Source: an uncultured Clostridia bacterium
Lineage (GTDB): Bacteria > Bacillota > Clostridia > Oscillospirales > UBA644
Direction: 5' to 3'
DNA length: 64,000 nt
Assembly (NCBI GenBank): GCA_944382895.1
Contig: CALWNV010000001.1
Coordinates: 849-64,848, forward strand
Below are positions 1-7,278 of the stretch, in pieces. The first letter of the stretch is position 1. Each line of letters starts with the position of its first letter. The translations under genes and the position numbers were made by a program. Under the pieces are notes generated by a model. The model did no database searches. It was not told where the DNA came from and saw only the letters and a program-made list of their open reading frames with translations.

Positions 1-1
1 T

Positions 2-439
2 TTGAGCAAAGTAAAAGAATTTGCCGAAAAAGAGGGTTCAGCGGTTTTACCGATATGTGCGAAAGCCGAGGAAGAATTGTCTGAACTTGATGAAGAAGAA
101 AAAAATTTTTTTCTTTCAGAACTAGGGCTCAAGGAAAGCGGGCTCTCAAGACTGATAAAGGCCTCATATTCACTTCTGGGGCTCATAAGTTTTTTAACCG
201 CAGGCTCCGATGAAGTAAGAGCGTGGACAATAAAAAAAGGAACAAAGGCGCCTCAGGCGGCGGGAAAAATCCATTCGGATTTTGAAAGAGGATTTATACG
301 TGCGGAAGTGATTGCGTTTGACGATCTTGTCGCAAGTAAAACAATGACAGAAGCGAAAGAAAGAGGGCTTGTACGTTCAGAAGGCAAAGATTATGTCATG
401 AAAGACGGAGATGTGGTTTTATTCCGTTTTAACGTATGA
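2..439 (+). CDS. ychF: Ribosome-binding ATPase YchF (Obg-like), C-terminal part; 5' end lies outside the window
   Basis: ORF is open to the window edge. The C-terminal YchF signature is present: ...VRAWTIKKGTKAPQAAGKIHSDFERGFIRAEV...KDGDVVLFRFNV. Confidence 0.85.
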   Translation: MSKVKEFAEKEGSAVLPICAKAEEELSELDEEEKNFFLSELGLKESGLSRLIKASYSLLGLISFLTAGSDEVRAWTIKKGTKAPQAAGKIHSDFERGFIRAEVIAFDDLVASKTMTEAKERGLVRSEGKDYVMKDGDVVLFRFNV

Positions 440-452
440 TAATAATTATACA

Positions 453-497
453 AAAAGAGCGGAGACAGAAAAATTTCTGTTTCCGCTCTTTTACTTT
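453..497. terminator. Bidirectional rho-independent terminator between convergent ychF and nagA
   Basis: 18-bp stem AAAGAGCGGAGACAGAAA / TTTCTGTTTCCGCTCTTT (one G-U pair) with a 2-nt loop. An A-run lies upstream and a T-run downstream. Confidence 0.8.
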
Positions 498-532
498 TTA
501 TAAACAGACAAAAACCTTCTCAACTGAAAAAC

Positions 533-2284
533 TCATATATTATCAACACGTATACTTCCCTTAACTATAACAAGCTTTATATTCAACTTATCATCAAGAA
601 CAAGGATATCAGCACTCTTTCCTTCCTCCAAAGAGCCTGTTTCCGAGTCAACACGTATAGCTTTAGCGGGATTTATCGTAACTGATTTAAGAGCCTGTTT
701 AAACGGAATCCCATAAGAAATGACATTTTTGAACTCTTCGTACAAATTTGTAGTCGACGCGGCAATCGTACCGTCTTCCAATCTTGCTTTTCCGTCTTTC
801 ACATACACAATCTGTCCTCCGAGATCATACTCGCCATCATGAGAACCCGCGGCTCGCATACTGTCACTTACAATAACGGAATTGTCTTCGCCCAAAACGC
901 TGAACGCTATGCGCAAAGCAGCCGGATGAATATGAAATCCATCACAGATAAGTTCCGCGCGCACACCTAATTGTCTGGTTTTATCAAAAACCGCACCTAC
1001 CACTCCCGGCGCACGATGCGTGAGCCCTGACTGGGCATTATACAAATGCGTTACATGTCGGCATCCAAGCTCAAAAGCTTTGCATGTCTCATCATAGTCG
1101 GCGGCAGTATGTGCAACTGAAACGGGACAATACGGCTGAATATTTTTTATAAACTCCTCTGAACCATCACATTCAGGCGCAATATCTACAATCTTGATTA
1201 TTCGGCCGCTCTCTTCGTAAAGACTCTGGAACTCTTTTCTGTCCGGATTTCTTACATAAGCACCATTCTGCGCACCCTTTTTCGACATAGCAATAAAAGG
1301 GCCTTCCATGTTCACCCCTTGGATATATGCGCCTTCAACTTCTTTCTGAGATTCTTTAACGTTTTCAAAAATCTCCAAAAGCTCTTCATGTGACAAAGTC
1401 ATGGACGTTGGGCAAAACGACGTGATTCCGTTTTTAACAAGTGTTGCGCTCATGGTTTTCAATGCATCTACAGTTTTATCCCCTGTATCGCAACCGCCAC
1501 AGCCATGTATGTGCATATCGATAAACCCGGGAACTACAGTATAACCCGATAAATCAATAGCCTCTTCACCGTCAAAACCGCGGCCTATCTTTTCTATACG
1601 CTGTCCGCTGATTTTTATATCCGCAGGCTCAGGCTCGAAATTTCCGTTCCATATTGTTGCATTTTTCAAAATCATTTTTTTCCCCTCCTTTGCTTTAACA
1701 TGATATATTGGTTGACCGAGATCCGAAAAACGCTGTTCATACTCGGTCATTTCTTCATTATATATCCCGCTTTCGTGAAGATTTTCCGTATAATCGAACA
1801 AATCAAGCCCGCACGCAAGAAATTCTTTAACGGAAAAATCAAATAATTTTTTATTATCTGTTTTAAATTGAATTACTCCGCCCGGTTTCAGCAAACGCAT
1901 ATATATTTTCACAAAACCTCTGTATGTAAGCCTTCTCTTCGCGTTTTTATTACGCGGCCACGGATCAGAAAAATTAAGATATATGACATCGACAATCCCG
2001 GGGGAACAAAGGTTCTGTAAATCCTCTGCGTCTGCAAGAACAAACTTAAGATTGTCCAAGCCCAAAGAAGAAGCCTTTTCAATCGCCATCACCGCAACGT
2101 CTTCTACTTTTTCAAGAGCATAGAAATCACAATCGTTTTTTTCAGCGACCCCACAAGCAAACTTACCCTTCCCGCACCCTATCTCCACAAATAACGGTCT
2201 TTGCGACGGGGAAATCTTATCAGCAATATAACAAGAGTGTCTTTTAAGCCTCGCAGAAGTATTTTTCTTCTTTCGCGCTCTCAT
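533..2284 (-). CDS. Single 583-aa ORF fusing tRNA (guanine-N7)-methyltransferase TrmB (aa 1-203, nt 1676-2284) to N-acetylglucosamine-6-phosphate deacetylase NagA (aa 204-583, nt 533-1675)
   Basis: The N-terminal part has TrmB motifs (VEIGCGKGKF, NFSDPWP, TEYEQRFSDLGQPIYH). The C-terminal part has NagA/amidohydrolase motifs (GFIDMHIHGCGG, HLYNAQS, full ~380 aa length). No stop codon separates the two modules. Confidence 0.85.
   Translation of the reverse strand: MRARKKKNTSARLKRHSCYIADKISPSQRPLFVEIGCGKGKFACGVAEKNDCDFYALEKVEDVAVMAIEKASSLGLDNLKFVLADAEDLQNLCSPGIVDVIYLNFSDPWPRNKNAKRRLTYRGFVKIYMRLLKPGGVIQFKTDNKKLFDFSVKEFLACGLDLFDYTENLHESGIYNEEMTEYEQRFSDLGQPIYHVKAKEGKKMILKNATIWNGNFEPEPADIKISGQRIEKIGRGFDGEEAIDLSGYTVVPGFIDMHIHGCGGCDTGDKTVDALKTMSATLVKNGITSFCPTSMTLSHEELLEIFENVKESQKEVEGAYIQGVNMEGPFIAMSKKGAQNGAYVRNPDRKEFQSLYEESGRIIKIVDIAPECDGSEEFIKNIQPYCPVSVAHTAADYDETCKAFELGCRHVTHLYNAQSGLTHRAPGVVGAVFDKTRQLGVRAELICDGFHIHPAALRIAFSVLGEDNSVIVSDSMRAAGSHDGEYDLGGQIVYVKDGKARLEDGTIAASTTNLYEEFKNVISYGIPFKQALKSVTINPAKAIRVDSETGSLEEGKSADILVLDDKLNIKLVIVKGSIRVDNI
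1673..1690 (-). promoter_or_regulatory. Internal Shine-Dalgarno sequence (AAGGAGG, 1684-1690) plus ATG (1673-1675) for independent initiation of the NagA module
   Basis: The minus strand reads GCAAAGGAGGGGAAAAAAATGATT. There is an 8-nt spacer and the ATG is the first codon of the NagA-homologous part. Confidence 0.6.
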
Positions 2285-2323
2285 TAAAAAATCGAGATCC
2301 TTTCAAATATTTACATATTAAAG

Positions 2324-2352
2324 GTTGAATTATGCATTATTATGTGATATAC
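2324..2352 (+). promoter_or_regulatory. Sigma-A type promoter for the LRR protein gene
   Basis: TTGAAT (2324-2329), 17-nt spacer, TATACT (2347-2352), with a TG extended -10 element (TGATATACT). Confidence 0.5.
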
Positions 2353-2402
2353 TAATATTACTATATAATTATGAAAATTTCGTTACAAATGAGGAGCTTC
2401 CG

Positions 2403-3446
2403 ATGAGAAAAGTTCTGAAAATCAGCATATTTTTATTTTTTTCGGCGATAGTTTTAAGCGTAGCCTTATTTTTCGGAATAAAATATTTTTCCGACCGCAA
2501 AGAGGAAAACAAAGAAAATGAGCAGACATTTGACAGAACCCCGCTCGACGCGGACTCTGTTTTCGGTGACTATATCTTTGAAAAAATAGTACGTGAAACA
2601 CTTTCTCTCCCAGAAGGCGAAATAGATTTTGACGTACTTGCCGAGATAACGGAACTTGATCTTTCTTTTGAAGGAGCATCTCTTGACGAAAACAACAAAA
2701 TTCAATCTCTAAGCGGGTTAAAACATTTTACAGGCCTGAAAAAACTGATAGTTGATAATAATATGTTTTCGTCCCTTTCCGGCATAGAGGCTTGTTCGGG
2801 TCTGGAATATCTTTCCGCTCAGGGATGCCGGATATACTCCGCAACAGAACTGGAAAATCTTACAGAGCTGAGATTTCTTAAACTTAAAAACAATGAAATA
2901 ACAGACACTTCTTTTCTTAGCAATCTGACTAATCTTGAATATCTTAATCTTTCAGGCTGCCCTATTTCAGATCTTGAATTTCTAGCAGAAACTTCTTTAC
3001 CCAACCTAAAAGAACTGTATATTGCTTCCACAGGCTTTACTGAAATGGAATGGATATATTTGTTATCCGGATTGGAAAAATTGGATGTTTCAGGAAATGA
3101 ACTTAATGATGAGCTTCTAGTAGGATTAGAGCTTCTTACGAATCTTAAATATTTTAAAGCATCATCTCAAAACATTAAAACTATGAAAGTGTTTACCGAC
3201 TGTAAAAATCTAAAAACTTTGATTTTAGATATAAACCAGATAACCGATCTTTCCGGTCTTGAAGAGCTTCAAAACCTTGAAGAACTTAATGTAAACTCAA
3301 ACCTTATAAGAAAGATAGACACTCTTGCAAAAATGCCTAATTTAAAGAGAGTATATGCGAAAAACAATGAGATAACATCCTTTTCCCCGATATCGCATAT
3401 AATATACGAAGAAGAAGATTTTTCCGAAAATCCGGGGAAAAGATAA
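2403..3446 (+). CDS. Membrane-anchored leucine-rich-repeat (internalin-like LRR) protein
   Basis: RBS GAGGAG lies before the ATG at 2403 (the ORF track begins earlier, at 2325). An N-terminal TM helix (ISIFLFFSAIVLSVALFF) is followed by about 10 units of ~22 residues of the form LxxLxxLxLxxNxIxD (e.g. LTNLEYLNLSGCPISDLEFL). Confidence 0.8.
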   Translation: MRKVLKISIFLFFSAIVLSVALFFGIKYFSDRKEENKENEQTFDRTPLDADSVFGDYIFEKIVRETLSLPEGEIDFDVLAEITELDLSFEGASLDENNKIQSLSGLKHFTGLKKLIVDNNMFSSLSGIEACSGLEYLSAQGCRIYSATELENLTELRFLKLKNNEITDTSFLSNLTNLEYLNLSGCPISDLEFLAETSLPNLKELYIASTGFTEMEWIYLLSGLEKLDVSGNELNDELLVGLELLTNLKYFKASSQNIKTMKVFTDCKNLKTLILDINQITDLSGLEELQNLEELNVNSNLIRKIDTLAKMPNLKRVYAKNNEITSFSPISHIIYEEEDFSENPGKR

Positions 3447-3516
3447 AAATTTTCATAACACATGTAAAATTTATGTAAGGCAAAATCAAACATTCTATGA
3501 TTTTACCATTATTGTA

Positions 3517-3544
3517 TTGACATTTTATGGATTTAAGGTATAAT
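3517..3544 (+). promoter_or_regulatory. Near-consensus sigma-A promoter for the 89-aa ORF
   Basis: TTGACA (3517-3522), 16-nt spacer, TATAAT (3539-3544). RBS AAAGGAG follows at about 3553-3559. Confidence 0.6.
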
Positions 3545-3568
3545 ATTTACAGAAAGGAGTGATAATTT

Positions 3569-3838
3569 ATGAGTTCTCTTGAACTGCACAGCATAGATTT
3601 CCGTAAATTCATGGAAGCGGTAGATCAATGCAAAGGTGATGTTTACATCGTTACGGATGAAGGAGACAGGCTTAATCTCAAAAGCCAGTTTTGCCGACTT
3701 ATAGGCATTGCGAAACTTGTTGAGGGCGGAATGATCAAATCGGCAAAAGTTGTATGCGAGAATCCTGAAGACGACAGCCTCTTGTTCCGTTTCAATCTTT
3801 ACGGCGAAAAAGTTCTTGATAAAACAAACAAGGAGTAA
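3569..3838 (+). CDS. Hypothetical small cytoplasmic protein (89 aa), apparently monocistronic
   Basis: It has a strong promoter, an RBS, and a hairpin downstream. I recognise no family. Confidence 0.6.
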   Translation: MSSLELHSIDFRKFMEAVDQCKGDVYIVTDEGDRLNLKSQFCRLIGIAKLVEGGMIKSAKVVCENPEDDSLLFRFNLYGEKVLDKTNKE

Positions 3839-3866
3839 CCGGATAATGAAACATACTTCAGTCTGA

Positions 3867-3905
3867 CTCTCTCGTCCTTCTAAAGGTCGGGAGAGCCTGA
3901 TTTTT
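3867..3905 (+). terminator. Possible rho-independent terminator after the 89-aa ORF
   Basis: Imperfect stem CTCTCTCGTCC / GGTCGGGAGAG followed by CCTGATTTTT. The T-run is offset from the stem. Confidence 0.4.
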
Positions 3906-3959
3906 ACAAAAATATCTTTCAGTTGGTTATCTTAATATAAAATTATTTTCAGACAGAAG

Positions 3960-4949
3960 GTGGATATTATCAAAAAAGACGTTGTAAAAGAACCTTCACT
4001 TTATATGATAGAAAACAATTTTGCAAAAGCTGAAATAAGCGATTTCGGCGCAACGCTTGTCTCTTTTTTTATCAATGGAAAAAACATCATACTGGGATAT
4101 CCCGAGCTTTCCCGATATAAAAGCTGCGAAACGTATCTTGGGGCAACAGTGGGCAGATACGCAAACCGTATATCAAACGCAGAATTTACTCTCGATGGGA
4201 AAAAATATGCATTGACCGCAAACGATAAAAAACATACTCTGCACGGAGGTATCACAGGGTTCAGCAAGAAGATATGGGAAATAATAAATATAGACAAAAA
4301 TTCCATACGTATGTCAATAAAAAGCAAAGACGGAGAAGGAGGCTTTCCCGGAAACATGTATACGGAAGTTGCTTTTTCCATCACAGAAAACCGATTAATT
4401 ATTGATTATTTCGCTGTATCCGATAAGGACACACCAATCTGTCTCACAAATCATTCTTATTTTAACCTCGACGGCGAAAACAATGTTGAAAATACCATTC
4501 TGCAAATAAACGCCGATTATGTCAGTATAACCGACGAAGACCTTATACCCACAGGGAAAATAAATGTAACTGACTCTCCGTTTGATTTCCGTCACCCAAA
4601 AAAAATAGGCCAAGACATAAATACTCAAAACAAATATCTTAAAATGCAAAACGGCTATGATTGTAATTTTTTTCTTAACGGTATAAAAGCAGCGACTGCA
4701 TTTTCGGAAAAAAACAAACTGATGATGAATGTATATACGGATATGCCTTGTCTTCAGCTGTATACCGGAAATTTTTTGTCTGGATCCGAATACGGAAGAG
4801 CCGGGAATTTAATCGGGTTCAGATCCGGCTTTTGCCTTGAAACACAATTTGCCCCCGACAGCCCTCATGCGGAAAATTTTGGAGGTTGCCTTTTAGAAAA
4901 GGGAGAAGAGTTCCGTACAAAAACTGTTTTTGAATTTTATATAAAATAA
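3960..4949 (+). CDS. galM: Aldose 1-epimerase (galactose mutarotase)
   Basis: GTG start. Mutarotase motifs are present: GATVGRYANRI, HTLHGG..GF..K.W, NHSYFNL, and ETQ..PDS near the C-terminus. Confidence 0.85.
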   Translation: MDIIKKDVVKEPSLYMIENNFAKAEISDFGATLVSFFINGKNIILGYPELSRYKSCETYLGATVGRYANRISNAEFTLDGKKYALTANDKKHTLHGGITGFSKKIWEIINIDKNSIRMSIKSKDGEGGFPGNMYTEVAFSITENRLIIDYFAVSDKDTPICLTNHSYFNLDGENNVENTILQINADYVSITDEDLIPTGKINVTDSPFDFRHPKKIGQDINTQNKYLKMQNGYDCNFFLNGIKAATAFSEKNKLMMNVYTDMPCLQLYTGNFLSGSEYGRAGNLIGFRSGFCLETQFAPDSPHAENFGGCLLEKGEEFRTKTVFEFYIK

Positions 4950-5126
4950 AATATTTTTTTACTCACACAAGAATTACAGAAAAATTTTTATTTAATTTAT
5001 ATAAAACAAACCGATAGATAATCAATATATCTATAATGTCTATAATATATACCGACATATCCATTGTTGTCTGTCTTCATGATAAATTTTATAACTACTG
5101 ATTCCATCTTTTACAAATATTGAAAA

Positions 5127-5164
5127 AAATGAGCCAGACCGAACAAAATCTGTCTGGCTCATTT
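5127..5164. terminator. Bidirectional rho-independent terminator
   Basis: Stem AAATGAGCCAGAC / GTCTGGCTCATTT with an A-run before and a T-run after. It lies 53 nt past the stop of the minus-strand gene ending at 5217. Confidence 0.8.
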
Positions 5165-5216
5165 TGATATAAAATTTTAATTTATACTACTGATTCGGAA
5201 ACTCGACAATAAAGCT

Positions 5217-7136
5217 TCAGTCATTAGATGTTCCGGGAGCAGCTATTTGAAGAGTAAGAGTGTTTTGCGTCTGATAAAGTTCAAGCAAAGATTCAAAAAG
5301 AGCTGCAGTTGTAACCGTGATCTTAGAATTCGCATCAGCTTTGTTCGCTTCTACTTCATCAAGCCCCTTGTTAACAAGTTTTTCAAAAGCGTCATAAGCT
5401 TCAACAAACATATCAAGGCATTCCTGCTGGATATCACTTATCTCAGCGCCGTCAAACATAGCAAGAAATTCATCTCTCATGAAAGCAAACTCATCAAGAA
5501 GAACTACCATCTGATTAAGAACTTCTTCAAGACCTATATCCTCATTTTCAGAGCCTGTATCTGCGATCTTAAGAGCGTCTTTAGCGTTGTAAATGTAAAG
5601 AACATATGTATACAGATCTTCTTCTGTCACAAGGGCTGAACCTTCTTTGAACTGAGCATATGCATCCTCATATGTTTTAATAGCAGTCTCAAGAAGTTGT
5701 ACCGAATCAGACGTATAAACCGTCATATCGGTCTTTTCCATCCACTCTTTTATCTGATTATAAGCACGCTCATATTGTGTTACATCACCTTCGACGGTTG
5801 CCTGTAATATTTCATACGCGGCATAAACACCTTCGATCGCTGCTATAAACTGACTTTCCTTTGCTGTATATAAAGCAACTATAGCGTCGCCAGCCTCAAA
5901 GCATTTCATAAATACATTCCAGTCTTCATCTGCATAAAGACCATTCTGATACTCAAGAAGAGCCTTGTTGTATACGGCATCTTTATCATCTCTGTAATTC
6001 TTTCCGACATAAATAGCAGCACGGAAATCCTGAACATACCCGCTCATTTTTTCAGAATACATATATGTTTCAGCATATTCAGATGTCGGGTCACCGTTAT
6101 CATCAAGAACTTTTACAATATCTTCTTCTTTAAGAGTTCCTTCCGCAATCTGTTTTTCAGCGTCAGTCTTGGAGATAAGATATGAGGAAGTCTCGGTCTT
6201 CACAGTATATCTCGGTTCAGTATCAAGGAAATATTTTATCTCATCGAGAGTTGCTGCCGGATTTTCATAAGCCGCATACGCACCGTCCACAAAAGTCCTC
6301 AGTGTGGTATATTCAGGACAATCTTCCTCTTTTGTTACATCCATCGTAGCATAGATTTCGTCAAATTCCCAACCATTTGACATATAAGGCTCCTGATATG
6401 TACGATAAAGAACATCATAAAGATACCCTCTGTATTTATTTACTTCTTTATCGCCTGTAAAAGGAACAAGTTTATCGTACGCTGCATAATAATCTTGTAG
6501 ATTATAATACATTTCGGAACGTGTAGCTACAGCCAAATGGGAAAGAGGATATTCTTCAGTAACTTCAACATAATCCTCTATTTTCTCAATGGCCGCACGA
6601 AGAACTTCCCAGCTCTCTATAGTATAGTCTTCTCTTTTCACCTGTGAAAAAGGCCTATCTGAAAAATAAAGAGCATATTCGAGTCCTGTATAATTTCCTT
6701 TAGAGTAGTTTCCGCCTCCCCAGCGAATATTCAGAGTATCCTGAAACGCGGTATAAGGCTTGTTTGCATCACCGTAACCGTACTCCCCGGTTCCGTTACC
6801 GTCTTCATCGACGATTTCTACCCAGCCTCCGTAAAGCTCAACAAGAAACGCATCCATTTCATCAACATCTTTTCTTGATCTGACTTCTTTGGCTTGGGCG
6901 ATTTTTTCTTCAAGCTCTACCGTCAAGGGGTGCTTCGTTTGCATCCCCTCAGGAAGATTCTGATAGTCATCGCGGGGAACCTGAGTTTCCGCTGTTTTAA
7001 TAAAATCAGTAAGCTCTCCTACAAGCTTGCTCTGAGTCTTTCCCATTGTAGCCGCATAAGAAGGTATACTTATGACAGCAACCACAGAAGCAACAATGGC
7101 AAGAGCAAGGACAGCCGCTGCTACTCTTTTCTTCAT
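5217..7136 (-). CDS. Secreted, highly acidic, Tyr/Glu-rich protein with FIVAR-like helical repeats; function unknown
   Basis: Signal peptide MKKRVAAAVLALAIVASVVAVISIPSYA. Recurring helical motifs include DYTIESWEVLRAAIEKIE, VYTSDSVQLLETAIKTYEDAYAQF and AYDAFEKLVNKG. Confidence 0.7.
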   Translation of the reverse strand: MKKRVAAAVLALAIVASVVAVISIPSYAATMGKTQSKLVGELTDFIKTAETQVPRDDYQNLPEGMQTKHPLTVELEEKIAQAKEVRSRKDVDEMDAFLVELYGGWVEIVDEDGNGTGEYGYGDANKPYTAFQDTLNIRWGGGNYSKGNYTGLEYALYFSDRPFSQVKREDYTIESWEVLRAAIEKIEDYVEVTEEYPLSHLAVATRSEMYYNLQDYYAAYDKLVPFTGDKEVNKYRGYLYDVLYRTYQEPYMSNGWEFDEIYATMDVTKEEDCPEYTTLRTFVDGAYAAYENPAATLDEIKYFLDTEPRYTVKTETSSYLISKTDAEKQIAEGTLKEEDIVKVLDDNGDPTSEYAETYMYSEKMSGYVQDFRAAIYVGKNYRDDKDAVYNKALLEYQNGLYADEDWNVFMKCFEAGDAIVALYTAKESQFIAAIEGVYAAYEILQATVEGDVTQYERAYNQIKEWMEKTDMTVYTSDSVQLLETAIKTYEDAYAQFKEGSALVTEEDLYTYVLYIYNAKDALKIADTGSENEDIGLEEVLNQMVVLLDEFAFMRDEFLAMFDGAEISDIQQECLDMFVEAYDAFEKLVNKGLDEVEANKADANSKITVTTAALFESLLELYQTQNTLTLQIAAPGTSND

Positions 7137-7186
7137 TTTTGTGCTCCTCCTAAAAATTCCATATTTACTACCTTTTCAGGCAATAT

Positions 7187-7215
7187 AATTATATTATAAA
7201 AAAACGATTTTTTCA
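7187..7215 (-). promoter_or_regulatory. Sigma-A type promoter for the 5217-7136 gene
   Basis: The minus strand reads TTGAAA, 17-nt spacer, TATAAT. RBS GGAGGA lies before the ATG at 7136. Confidence 0.5.
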
Positions 7216-7278
7216 ATGTTTTTTTTGTGACATACAGGAATTCGTTAAAAATAAACAAATATATCATATTAAAAATAG

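Noticed and set aside
2325-2402. N-terminal extension of the LRR protein ORF (MNYALLCDILILLYNYENFVTNEELP).
   Set aside because: This stretch contains the promoter (-35/-10 at 2324-2352). The RBS GAGGAG immediately precedes the ATG at 2403, which starts a normal signal/anchor sequence.
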